Shown here piece by piece: positions 46,347-58,300 of a stretch of DNA of 64,000 nucleotides. The position numbers and the translations under genes were made by a program. The notes beneath the pieces are model-generated. The model was not told where the DNA came from. It did not search any database and saw only the letters and a program-made list of their open reading frames with translations. Origin of the DNA: Schizochytrium sp. TIO01 (Eukaryota > Protista > Bigyra: Labyrinthulomycetes). Numbering within the stretch: position 1 is the stretch's first letter; every line of letters starts with the position of its first letter. The DNA is taken from contig SMSO01000025.1 of the NCBI GenBank assembly GCA_004764695.1, positions 4,132,862-4,196,861 of the forward strand, written 5' to 3'.

Positions 46347-47143
46347 GAGGAGCCATATAGTCTTTCAACATGCACAACTGAGTGCATAGGACATCCCGTA
46401 CCCAGTCGTTTCTATCGACAATTTATGCTTGAACACACAACAAGGCGCGTCGGAATCTTTCGTCGACCTTTCCCCCCTCCCATTCTGCTACGATTTCTTT
46501 TTACAATTTTTCCTGTTGTATGTATGTATCTCCTTTCGCATTCCCTTGATCCGATTGTCCACGTTCTAAAATACCCCAATACGTGATTGTTTTGGCTTGA
46601 GTTTTTACCCCAGCTAAATTTTTGGAACCTATTATTTCTGACTAGTGAGAGTGACAATGCCCCCCCCCTCCCTCTTGAGTCTTTGTTCCAAAGATACATA
46701 CTACTTTTGCTTCTGCCAAAGTCAAGGGTGACTAGTTCCATGTCAAGCATTTTGGGAGATGCTCAAAGTATGGCGGAAGCCGGCTCCAATATAGCAGATT
46801 GTGTCAAGTCGATGGAGCAGTCTAGTGAATCCAACTTGAAAATGGATGGTGAGCTGTACTACATTTGATCACCATAGCTTCAATCGAAGATAGATTTTCA
46901 AGATGTAATATAAACGAAATATTAATAATCTTGTACTACTACTAGGAGGTTAGTACTAAAATTATAGAATATTATTATCGTGCACGGTAACATTGTAACG
47001 GAACTTTCTACAGTCAGGCAGGTCTTGGGACTGGGCTTAGAGGAGAGCCCGAGCTTGCAAACAGAGTTTTGCAGCTCCTTGCAGAGTCTGCTCAAAACAA
47101 AGGCTTGAACAGTAGGAGGGCAAAAGCTGTGATCGTGGAAACA

Positions 47144-49815
47144 ATGATGAACAATGTTGATGACCTCGAGCTTGTCATCAAGGTAGGTATGAAGTTTAAC
47201 GCATGAGTGCAGACTGCTTCATAAGCTAACTATATCTTGCATCTGGACGTGTATATTCGCAGGAAAACCTTGAAAAGAGGACTAAATCGTCAAGCAACCC
47301 GGAGCGAACTCTGCTACGCCAATTCAAACAAATTGACTTAAACAAGGATGACTATATTTCCTTTCAGGAATTCAAGCGTGTTGTCGAGCCCTTCGCGGTA
47401 GGCACTCCGGACAGTCTTCTACAGAATCTCTTCAAGCGCTGGGACACAGATGGAAGCGGGTCTGTGAGTCTGCAAGAGTTTGCTCACGCCCTCTTTCTAA
47501 GTCCGAAGGAACGCCAAGAACTTCAATCAGCAAAGGAAAACAGAAGACAAGAACTGCAACAGACTTCTATACTTGCCGATGACATTATTGAGCAGGCAAA
47601 ACGGCGCCGTGCTGCAAGAGTGGCCTCAAAGCTTAGTTCTGTGCCCAAATCTATTCGTGAGAGACATGCATTTCAGACCATGACTGAAGAAGAAAAGCTC
47701 GCATCGAGGCCAGTGAGCAAGCCATCGGTAAAGGTACGAGGACCCTTTCATGCAACAGAGTCTATTAGTAAGGTTCCCGACAGTATTAGGTATCGTGTAA
47801 GTAACACTTGGGTGACTGCCTTCCCCCCTTCAAACTGGGATACACGAGAGGCCCAAAAATCTTCTCAAATGCCTACAGACACTCTCGAATTAGAATTTGT
47901 TTACGGCTGCAATCCTCGTGCAGGAATGATTTCCAAGTCAGATGGAGAACTTGTCTATGCCGCAGCGGGGCTTGGTATTGTTTATGATCCACGCAAGCAC
48001 CAGCAGCGTTTTTTTCGAGGTCATAATGATGACGTGACCTGCATCGCCGTGGATCCTTCGGAAAAATTTGCTGCAACCGGGTGCTTAGGTAAAAGCCCAA
48101 TTGTACATGTTTGGGACTTGCAAACGATGCAACTTGTCGGCAGCACCGAGGCTGGCTTCTACGACCGTCGTATCACCGCGCTAGCATTTTCTCAGCGTAG
48201 GCCGGATGTTCTTATCGCTATTGGTGGGGACAATCATCACATGATGGGCATTTGGGAATGGACAACGGGTCGTCTACTTGCCCAAGCACCCACTCAAAAC
48301 GGAACTCCTCCACAAGTCACCTCGATTGTTGTAGATGACGAAACTACGTCTGGTTCCGAAGAGCAGTTTGTCACATGCGGTTTCAAACACACAAAGTTTT
48401 GGAAACTTAACTTGGAGACGGGTAAACTGACTGGAGGGAAGAATGGCACGTATGGAAAAATCAACCCCCAGCCACGGGAAACCCGTTGTGCCGCATTTCT
48501 ACCGGGAAACAACCTAATCACTGGAGGCTCCAACGGAGTTCTATATTTGTGGGATTCTTTGACTGGCAAATGCAAAAGAGCCTATCCTGCACATGATGGC
48601 CCTGTCCTTGCTTTATTAGCTGCTGCAAACCATCAACTAATTACAGCTGGAGCAAAAGACTGTAGTCTTACATATTGGTCGACATCAAGCGCTTGTGATG
48701 GTGCTGGTGCACTTGTGAAACAAGAACACGTCAAACTCCCTCCGGGAAGCGGTCCCGCGTACTCACTTGGGTTTCTGTCTAGAGGTAAAGCTCAAGCAGT
48801 GGTAGTTGCAGCAACAAAAGATGGTTCCCTTCGGGTCTTCTCTCCTCAAAATCGAGGGGAAGCTGCTTGGAAGACCCTTATCGGGGGGCACTCACAAGAC
48901 CTTTATGGCCTTGGTGTTCATCCCCAGCTACGCAACGCATTTTGTACTGTAGGTGAAGATCGACTGCTAAATGTTTGGGATGCCGAGTCTCATCAACTTG
49001 TGCAAAGTGTTGAATTACCAGGGCAAGCTCGTTCTGTTGATATTTCTGCCGATCCTTCTGGCAGGTCCAGCACCGGAGATCGAATCGCGATTGGTTATAA
49101 AGATGGGTCCTTTTCTGTGCTAGATGCCCGTACCTTCGAAATTATCTTCAAGGCTAAACACTGCGCGGAGGCAATCGATGATATTCGTTTCAGCCCCGAC
49201 TCAAGATTTTTGGCTGTTGCTTCGCATGACAACTTTATTGATATCTACCTTGTACAAGATGGCTTCAAGCATCTGGCTCGGTGCAAAGGTCACAGCAGTT
49301 ATGTAACACACATCGACTGGTCAGCCGATTCGAGATATCTTCAAAGCAATTGCGGATCATACGAAAGCCTTGTATGGGATGCAGTAAATGGTAAAATCGT
49401 TTCGCTCACTTCTCTGACACGTGACATCGAGTGGCAGACGTTCACATGTGTCCTCGGGTTCGATGCAATGGGAATTTGGCCACATGGATCTGATGGAACA
49501 GATGTCAATTCCTTGGCTCGTTCGCCAGACCACAGTCTCCTTGTCACAGGTGATGATTTTGGCAATGTGAACCTCTACAATTTCCCTTGCGTTGTATGTG
49601 ATGCCCCTCATCACACCCTTACAGGTCACAGTTCTCATGTTATGAATGTACGCTGGCTGGCAGATGGTAAACACGTCATCTCTGTGGGCGGAAGTGACAA
49701 ATCTGTCTTCCAGTGGGCTCTCGTGCAGGATGGCTCTCGTGCGGATCGCGCGTTACATGAGTCAACGTATATTCAGCCATCGAGGCCATGGAAGCCGCAG
49801 GTCGCCTGGAAATAG
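47144..49815 (+). CDS. EF-hand + EMAP-like (EML; HELP/WD40) protein; exons 47144-47182 and 47263-49815
   Basis: 80-nt GT-AG intron (47183-47262) with a GCTAAC branch site keeps the frame. EF loops DLNKDDYISFQE and DTDGSGSVSLQE. LELEFVYG (HELP), GHSSYVTHIDWS, GIWPHGSDGTDVN and GHSSHVMNVRW are EML hallmarks. Confidence 0.92.
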
Positions 49816-51289
49816 TCACCTTAAAACACATTTCTCTTCCAAAGCTCAAGGATCAAAGCCAAATTAAAATTGTAGTACCCCCAAGCTTCACAGAACACTA
49901 CATTTATTTTCTTGCCTAAATCAACTTATAATTCCATATTCCATCTCTTCATACTCGCTTGACTAACTCTTCTACGAGTTCTCAATAATCTCAGGCAATG
50001 ACCAGAACTCGTTCCTTTTGCTTGGGTAGAAGTTCAAATCTAAGCTCAACTCCAACATCGACAAACTTTGGCTCTTTTTCACGTTTTCATCATTACTCTC
50101 AGGAACTCTCGACTGTTCCATTTCAGTTCTTTTATGGTTCCACACTTCCAGCTCCTAGGGGTCACTCGCGCGCGAGTGCACCAAGTATAGCCTTATTGGA
50201 CTGGAAAAGACGTTCGTGGCTGCGCATGCAGTGGAGCTTTAAAGTTAAAAGAAGGCATAAAAAGAAACGAAGAGACAAACCAAATCCAGAGAGGAGTGGT
50301 GTACTTTCGAGCTCTTTAAAGACGTTTAGAATCACGATGCCACTTGGCTAACTTTCATTCTTTCAAGTATTTATGGACAGTTGATTTGGTTTGATATATA
50401 GTGTAATGGATGAATGAATGTATCAATGCATAATGCGCACTCTTAGGGATTGTACTTATTGCTAACTGTAGGAATGTCATTATAGCCGTAAATTCGGGAA
50501 CGCCGAATGATCCATCCTCATGGCGGTGAGCAAGTCTATGTGTTGATCTGGCATCAGAAAGACGCTATGGAGATTGCAATTGACTCTTCAAAACTGCTGG
50601 TGCTCTCATTTCTGTGTTATTTTCTTCCCACGTGCAACCTTATCTACATAAGATTAGATTATCATATTTATTTCTTGAAGTAATCTATATCTTGAAGACC
50701 GTGGCATGCATACATTGCACCTTCCCTGATGAGTATATTGCACATGTTTCAAGTCCATCCGTACTTTACCAGGTTTTGTTTCAAGCCCCAGCCTACGGCA
50801 CAAACCCTGGTGCTGGATGCGACTCGATTATCAACTTTGATTTCATTTCCAACTCATCTCCAAATCAACCATGATGAATGAATGATCTCACGTGCACTCA
50901 ACAGAAACTAAAGCTCAAGCGCCCATTCAATAGCCCACTTATTACTATTTTGTTCCACTTGTAGTCTCAGCACGTAAGTGAAGTATAGGATTTTATAATC
51001 TATTATACGAAGTCCGCTTATTGAGTGGAAAGTGGTTAGAATGATGAGGCGTGGGGGTGCTATTGTTTACGGTAGTGGGTCCTAGTCTTTGGGAGTAGTG
51101 AATCAGTCATTGGCGCAGTAGAGGAGCAGTTTGGCGGCAGATAGTTGGCGTCTCTTGAGCGCTCTCCGCTCGCACGCAAACCGTTTGGCCAGGCCTCCTC
51201 GCTTGATTTTCTCCCCCGCGCAAACTTTTACCTCCCGTTTCTCTTTGAGTTTCTGCTTTAGGCTGTGGAGCTAAGCCCTTCCGTCCAAC

Positions 51290-51952
51290 ATGAGCGAGAA
51301 CGAGATGCAAAAGGCGGCGCATGGCCTCCTGGAGACCGACAGGTACAACAAAGACATCTTGCCTGAGCTTACCCAGTGTGTCCAGGCCCAGGTGGACCAG
51401 AAGTGGTACGACCTCGACATCAACACTGCCATCCTCAAACTGTATCAATTCTACCCGGACGCGGATGCCGGCGTGGTGGACCTCGACGTGCTCCTCAAGA
51501 TCTTGGCGCTTGCGCTCATGCGCTTGCCTGCCGCCGATTTCAAGCTGTGCCTCTACCTCGTTCCCAGCCAGTACCACCTCGTGGACAGCGTTTCTCAGCT
51601 CACCAAGCTTGCCGAGAAGCTCGAGGCTTGCCAGTTCACTGCCTTCTGGCAGTTGCTAGAGAAGCGCCCTGAGGTCCTTGCCGTCGTGCCGGGTCTCGAG
51701 GATGCTCTCCGCCGCACAATCTTTGACATTGTGGCCCTCACGCACCAGGAGATCCCCAAGAAGGTCCTTGCTGAGTTCCTTAACTACCCTGTCGGAAACA
51801 TTGCCAAGGACTTCGGCGTCGACGTCAAGGATGATCGCTTCGTCATGCCCGAGAGCGCCAGCAACCAGCCCAAGCCCACCAGCCAGAGCACTGGTCCTGC
51901 CGAGGTCCAGTTCCCTCAGCTCACACAAGCCCTTGCGCACTCTCTGTTCTAA
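51290..51952 (+). CDS. EIF3K: Eukaryotic translation initiation factor 3 subunit K
   Basis: DRYN...L...V..Q.....YDLDINTAILKLYQFYP, LP.ADFKLC..L, LE.C.F..FW; strong GC3 codon bias. Confidence 0.93.
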   Translation: MSENEMQKAAHGLLETDRYNKDILPELTQCVQAQVDQKWYDLDINTAILKLYQFYPDADAGVVDLDVLLKILALALMRLPAADFKLCLYLVPSQYHLVDSVSQLTKLAEKLEACQFTAFWQLLEKRPEVLAVVPGLEDALRRTIFDIVALTHQEIPKKVLAEFLNYPVGNIAKDFGVDVKDDRFVMPESASNQPKPTSQSTGPAEVQFPQLTQALAHSLF

Positions 51953-52373
51953 TCGACTCGAATCCGCCAAGATTTGCTCTGCCTGTGAGCTAGTTTGTGC
52001 GCCTGCTCATCGGCCAGATTGCCAGCTAGATCTCTAGCCAGCCCAGATTGCTAGCAAGTTCGAAACGGAGCATACCCGGTCCTTGATCCGCATGAGTAAT
52101 TTGCTACATTGGTCTTTTCTTCCTCTGACTAGGAACCAAACGAGTCCGCCGGAAATACGGTTTCGCTCCTTGTGTGTTTCGCGCTCGGCTGGCTGGTTTG
52201 CTTGAATGCTTGCTTGCTCGACCCGCCGCTGGGTAGCTCTAAGAAGGGCTGACGCGGGCCATTCTGCCAGCGAGCGCGCCTGCGCCACTACGTTATAATC
52301 ACATCCTCGTCCCTCTGCCTGCAGTTTCAGGAGAAGCCCTTTACTATTCTTTCATCCAATATAACAACCAACA

Positions 52374-52427
52374 ACGACGACGACGACGACGACGACGACT
52401 ACGACGACGACGACGACTACGACGACG
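52374..52427. repeat. (GAC)n trinucleotide repeat
   Basis: Directly visible. Confidence 0.9.
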
Positions 52428-52889
52428 TCAACAATAACAACGACAACTATAACACTTTCATTCCCCCTTTATTGCTACGATTACTCGCAACTTTTTTGGA
52501 ATTCAAATGTGTCTTGGTTCCCTCCTTCTTGGTCAAAACTTTCTGCTGCTTCGGCTTCGAAGCTTTATTTTGTTCTTCTTGTTGCATAAACATATCATAT
52601 GAGGTCCTGCAAAATGATATCTAACGAGTTTTACCGGTCCACTTCCAGAGGCCTCAGGTCCTTACTGGGTCTAAAAATATACTTGAAGGGCACTTTCTCG
52701 CCTCGCATTTTTATGGTGGTTCAGTTGCCAATTAAGAAATCTAAACGGGGCAAACAAACACAAAAGAATTTTAAGCTTACATTACAAATACACAACGGTG
52801 CTGTAAAATGAACGAGAATGAATATTAGTTTATCATGATAGGATATGTATATGTATTAATGTACGAATGGACAAAAGATATCATTTTCT

Positions 52890-54668
52890 TCACCGTTGCG
52901 CATTTTCCTGGGCGAGTTGGTTCCATAATTGACGCTCCTCGTCTGACATTGCAAGCCACTTCAGCTGCAGCTGGCGATAATACAAAGAGACCTCTTTCTC
53001 AAGCTTAGCCTCCGTCTCTTCTCTCTCTTTATCATCAGAGATAGATGCCAGGATCTGCTGTGCTTGCTGCGTAATGGCAACTACTTCCTCTTTATGTTTC
53101 TTCCTAATCATTGTTTGAAAACCAGGATTGTTGGGATCCACCAAGTTAACATGCCTGCCGTCATCTTGTAGGGTTACAGAAGAACTTGGAGGGTTCCTTT
53201 TTTTGCCTGAGGATGCGCTTGAGAATGTTGCTGCGCTTGCTGCTCCCATTGGTGCTGAAGTCGAAGAGGAAGATGACGACGTTTTGCCCCCTTGCTGAAG
53301 GGATACCTTGGTGACATTAGCCGTAGAGTGCGTTTGTAAAAGAGACTGAGCAGCCTCAGCGGTGGCCTTGGCCTCCTTGAGAGCGTTCATTGCCAATATC
53401 TTTTTCTCCGGGTCATCCGCATATTTAGCTAGCTCCTCCTCGATTTTAGCTGTTGCTGCCATTTGTTCTTCAAGTTCACCGTTCATACGCACCATCTTAG
53501 CGGTTTGCTCAAGGGCTAGTTTCAGTTGAAGTGCGTCGTAAATCTGACGGGGGTTCTTTCCACTCCACGAAGTAGCTTCGTCAAACCACAGTTGGTCGGG
53601 GTCCTTTGTTCTGATCACCTTGAGTTGCTCAGCTTCGGGACCCTCCCAAATCCGGGACACTTCTGTGTCTGACTGTGGCATGGGCAATCGCCCGCAGAGC
53701 ACAAAGTAAAACACCGTACGGAGAAGTTCGAGCGGTGCAGAGTTCCCGCTCTTGACAAGATTTTCCTGAACTACACTCAGATTTACCGTGAGCATGTTCG
53801 GGTCTGTCTGGTCGGGTGGTGTCTTAAGTGTGCCAGGTGTTTGAGACTGGAAAACAACCTTGACCATAGCGTCAATCTGGTCTTGAGGTGTCTCTGCAAG
53901 CGCGATAGCTTGGTCCTCCCATCGTCGTAAACCCGTCGGGATACGCATAGTCTTGCCAAAGTTAAGAGGTTTGTTCGAGGGTTTCGAGCCATCCTCTTGG
54001 TTATCACCGTCCTTACCATTTGCGCCATCTTTTCCATTGGCACTAGCACCTGGGTCTTTCTCGTCCTTCACAACGCTTCCGTTTACATCTGCAAAGTCCT
54101 TCCCTTTGGATTCCTGCTTTGATTTCTTCCTAGAGTTCTTGCGGGGATTCTTTGCCAAAGGCTGTTTTGATGTCGATTTTGCCGACGTTGAATTCGATGC
54201 TGTCGATGCCGCCGAGCTCACCTTGGAGTTTATGTTTTTCTGTCCAGAGCTTTTGGAGTTCGTATTCTTTGGCCCAGGGCTTTTTGAGTTCGCGTTTTTT
54301 GATCCTGACGATTTGGGATTCGAGGCCTTCGTGCCAGAGGACTTTGAGTTCGAGCTCTTGGCTGCACCGGACTTTGATGTTGGGTTTTTCGCGGTCGACT
54401 TTGGCGTCGAGGCTGAAGCTGCACTCTTCGAATTCTTACCCTTCGGAGTCTTCCCAGGTCCGCCCTTCCCGGCGTTACTAGAGCTCTTACCGCCCACGGA
54501 GCCGGTGGATGTCACGCTCGCGGCGACGCTGGCGGTATCAGCAGCCTTGGATTTGGACCTTTTGCGCGGTCTCGTGGGCGCTGCTTCGGCCTCGGAAGCA
54601 GCTTCTGACGCCTCGGGATTCGGACTGGTGGCCTCGGCCTTTCGTTTCGAGGACTTGGCTCGCGGCAT
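52890..54668 (-). CDS. Basic K/S-rich nuclear protein with a C-terminal HMG-box-like motif; 592 aa
   Basis: Long ATG ORF with NLS-like RPRKRSKSK, ~10-aa N.KSSG.K repeats, and C-terminal LKWLAMSDEERQLWNQLA like HMG-box helix 2/3. Confidence 0.8.
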   Translation of the reverse strand: MPRAKSSKRKAEATSPNPEASEAASEAEAAPTRPRKRSKSKAADTASVAASVTSTGSVGGKSSSNAGKGGPGKTPKGKNSKSAASASTPKSTAKNPTSKSGAAKSSNSKSSGTKASNPKSSGSKNANSKSPGPKNTNSKSSGQKNINSKVSSAASTASNSTSAKSTSKQPLAKNPRKNSRKKSKQESKGKDFADVNGSVVKDEKDPGASANGKDGANGKDGDNQEDGSKPSNKPLNFGKTMRIPTGLRRWEDQAIALAETPQDQIDAMVKVVFQSQTPGTLKTPPDQTDPNMLTVNLSVVQENLVKSGNSAPLELLRTVFYFVLCGRLPMPQSDTEVSRIWEGPEAEQLKVIRTKDPDQLWFDEATSWSGKNPRQIYDALQLKLALEQTAKMVRMNGELEEQMAATAKIEEELAKYADDPEKKILAMNALKEAKATAEAAQSLLQTHSTANVTKVSLQQGGKTSSSSSSTSAPMGAASAATFSSASSGKKRNPPSSSVTLQDDGRHVNLVDPNNPGFQTMIRKKHKEEVVAITQQAQQILASISDDKEREETEAKLEKEVSLYYRQLQLKWLAMSDEERQLWNQLAQENAQR

Positions 54669-55309
54669 CGCGAGTCGAGGTTGAGTTAGGTTAAGTTTCT
54701 TGCCTAGGATTGATGATTATCGATCGTTCATCCCCAATTTCGATGACATGATTTATGATGAGTTTTTTATTTTTGTTCTAAAAATTCTCTAGAAAAGAAA
54801 AAAATGGGAATGCAGTGGGCCTTAATAAATTTTGTCAAGATCGGGCGAATCCGCTTTTGCGATTGACCAGCTGAAAGAATCATTAGGCTGCAAACATGGC
54901 ACTGTGGAATCAGTGCTACCGAGCAGGAATGCACATGGGAGAGAGATCATGTGCCCCTCCTGTTGTTGCTGCTTAGTGTATAGTTCACAAATTTGGTCAG
55001 AATGTGGAATTGGGTTTGCACCCTTGTAATAGTGAAATCTAAGGAGTAGAAACTTTAGCTTTATACATAAGTTTACGAAAATTACAAAGAATGGTGTTCC
55101 TTCATGACCTTTGGTATTTTGCTGTGACAATTAAAAGCATAAATAATTTACAGATTTATTAATTTGAGGGGGAAAGGGTGTAAAATTTTGCCCTTTTTTA
55201 ATCATGCTACTGAAAGCAACCTTACGATGCAACTTGACTTGCACACGGCTCTAGACTGAGGTCAACACACGCAAAGAAAAGACAAAAATGACGATGAAGA
55301 CCGCTATCG

Positions 55310-58300
55310 TCAGCTGGAGCTCAATGCGGGTTGGCTCTCATCCAAAGCTTGCAATGGGAGCGGTTCAAGCTTGGGAAAGTCCTGAAGCGGGACATCGTGC
55401 TCTGTAGGGTCAAAACGCTGAATAATTTTGCAGCTCGGAGCAGCAAGCATTAGATAGTCAAGTGTTGTTTGCGTGAATGCGTCGCAACCCTCAATGCGTA
55501 ACTCTAGCAGCCACTTTGTAGAATCCGCGAGGGCACGGAGACCCTTGTCAGAAAACTTGCGACACCAAGCAATGCCCAAGTGAGTGAGACCTGAAAAGTT
55601 TCTTGCTAAAAGTAACAATGTCTCGTCTGTAAGCTTGTTGCAGTAAGAAACGTCTAATTGTTCAATCCATAAGTTTTCGCAAAGGGCCTGAATTGCAGCA
55701 TCTGTAATATGCTTACAATGTGCCAGAGAGAGAGTCTGAAGACCCCCACAGGAAAGACTTAACTTGAGAATGTGTTTATCCTCTATCTTATGACAGCCCG
55801 AAAGACGTAAATCTTGAAGGTTAGGACACCGCTCACCTAGCAACTCTAAACCTCTGCCTGTGAGTTCATGACAAAAGGAAAAATCAAGAGCCACCAGGGA
55901 ACCTCCTCGTAAGGTTTGCGTGACAGGGCACTCTGTTAGCAGTCTTAACGATTCATCGGTCAGCTTTTCCCCTCCATGGATAAACAAGCGTACAAGGCGA
56001 GTAGCCCTGCGGCTGATCTCAGCAATACCTCGATCCGAAATGCGCTTACAATCATTGACATGCAATTCTCGCATGCGGGATAGCATCATTTGCTCAACCA
56101 TTGCTCGGCCATCGTTCTCTGCATCAAAGAAGAATATGGCATCTGTCAATTCGACCAAATCAGTCAAATCCAACCTCTGTAGGTGTAATAGGTTGTGTGT
56201 GATTGCTCGTCCACCTTCATCAGTGAGTGCATTACAGTAGCTTATGTCAAGCTCTTGCAACCATGGGGTGTTTCGCGTGAAACTCACAATGCCATCATCT
56301 GTGAGGCGCCTGCAACCACTCACCCGGAGCTGTAGCAAACGCTCTGTTTTGGATGTCAATTGAAAGATTCCGCTGTCAGACACCATGACACACCACGATA
56401 TGTCGAGAAACTCTAACTTGCGCATCGATGGGGCAGCCTCGATCAGACCAGTATCAGTAATGAGCTCACAACGACTGAGGTCAATTTTCCGTAAATTAAA
56501 ACAGTGCCTAGCAACTGCAGCGAGACCAGCATCCGATACTTCATGGCATGCAGAAACCTCCAGTGTTCGAAGGTTGATGCAGTTACTTGCAATGGACATC
56601 ATTACAACATCATCTACGTGCTTACTGCACTCATTCAAGGTTATCGACATGAGAAATTGGCATTTGCGAGCGAGAGCACAAAAATTACTGGACTCAATAC
56701 GACTGCAATAGGACAATTTGATAGATTCCATTACACGGACATTATCAGCAATCTTCTCGAGCTCCGTACCAGAAAGCCCACATGCTAGACTCAAATCAAG
56801 AGAATAAAGACACTTTTGACAGTCTCGCTCTGCTTCTACAGCGGCCTCCATAGCATCTGTCGCATCCTTCCGAGCTTGGCGTTTACGAAGGTGAAGAGCT
56901 TCACGTTGTTGCACACGGCTTTTTCGGCGAGCCACTCGTCTAGCTTCCACAATAGCTGTTGATTCCTGTGTTTTGCTCAAGGTCACTCTCTTCTTTGCCT
57001 TTTCCTCGTGCAATTGAGGATTCTCTACATCTTCTCCAGCATCATTATCAGCCTCCTTAATTATATCCTCATGCTCATCTTCTTCTTCCTCTGAAGAGGA
57101 ATCACTGACATCTTGAAGTTTTTCTTCACGCTTGGCATGGTCTGCTAAAAAATCTCGAAAGTGATCCTGGCGCCTTTTCCGTTCGAGAGCCTCTTTAACC
57201 TTTTTAACCAAGTAGCACACTAACTCCGGGGTTTGTAGTGTCGCAATCCAGGCCACATATCCTACATGAGGGCCGTAAAAATCTTCCAAGTGGCGCAGAA
57301 CATATGTATACATTTCTGCTGCACCATGCATAAGGAACGGCATGTCGCGTCGAGCGCGTTCGCTCGTAAGCGAGAACCTTTCAGGTACTTTCTCGAGTTC
57401 CCCTAAAAGCTTTTGCCGAGCCACAGTAATACGTGGTGCAAAAAAGTCTGCTTTAATTCTCCTTAATGCGTTCCAACATTCAATTACCAGCGGGCCATAA
57501 ATGGGCATATCTGGAAGACTTAACATAAGGGAAGCAATTCCCTTGGCATTTGCCTTATGCTCGAAGGACTGGAGGTTTTCTCGCACTAAAGCCATAAACG
57601 AGTCTTTATCTCCCGCACGCCCTCCCAAATCTATTGAAACCTGGCGTGTCATGGATGCAGAGTAGTGTTCTAATACCAAAGACAGGTCGTAACAATACAC
57701 GAGTGATTGCTTAAAATATGAAGTAGCATCTCTATAAAGGCGTTCTGCGTCGATTCGAACATCCTTTTGTGCCAGAAGGTATCGTCTAGCAACTGCATCT
57801 CGCGAAAGAGCTCTGGCATATGTAGCTACATGCTGAAGTTGTCCCAAAAAACAGTTTTTAGGTTCACCTGTACTTGCAAAACCTGCACCAATCCGAAGTG
57901 GATAGCCCAGACGCTCTTTGGCCTGGAGAATTTCACGTCTTAAGTGCTCTGTTCGACGTTCAATGTATCGTCTATGCTTTGCTGTAATCTTTTCTAAATG
58001 CTCACCTGTTCGAGCTCGAACCCAATTATTTGTTGCCCGTGTCTTTGCTTCGTTTGCGGTGATCGGTTTAATTCCAAGAATTTTTGCTCTTTCGCGATTA
58101 AGACGAATGCGAGCCTCAGAACGGGAAATTAGCTTTTTGGCTGCAGCACTTAGCTGCATTTGGCCAGCTTTAGTCTTGAAGTACACTTTAGCCTCTGCTC
58201 GAGCCGAGTCAGCAGCAGACTCTCTCTCTTGTAGCTCCTGTTCTCTTCGAGCACGCTCTTCGTCAGCTCGACGCTGAGCCTTTGCTCGGGATACCTCACG

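Noticed and set aside
53953-54684. 243-aa antisense ORF, and similar shadow ORFs over eIF3k, atlastin, the DUF4246 gene and the giant gene
   Set aside because: They mirror codon-biased real genes and contain no independent motifs.
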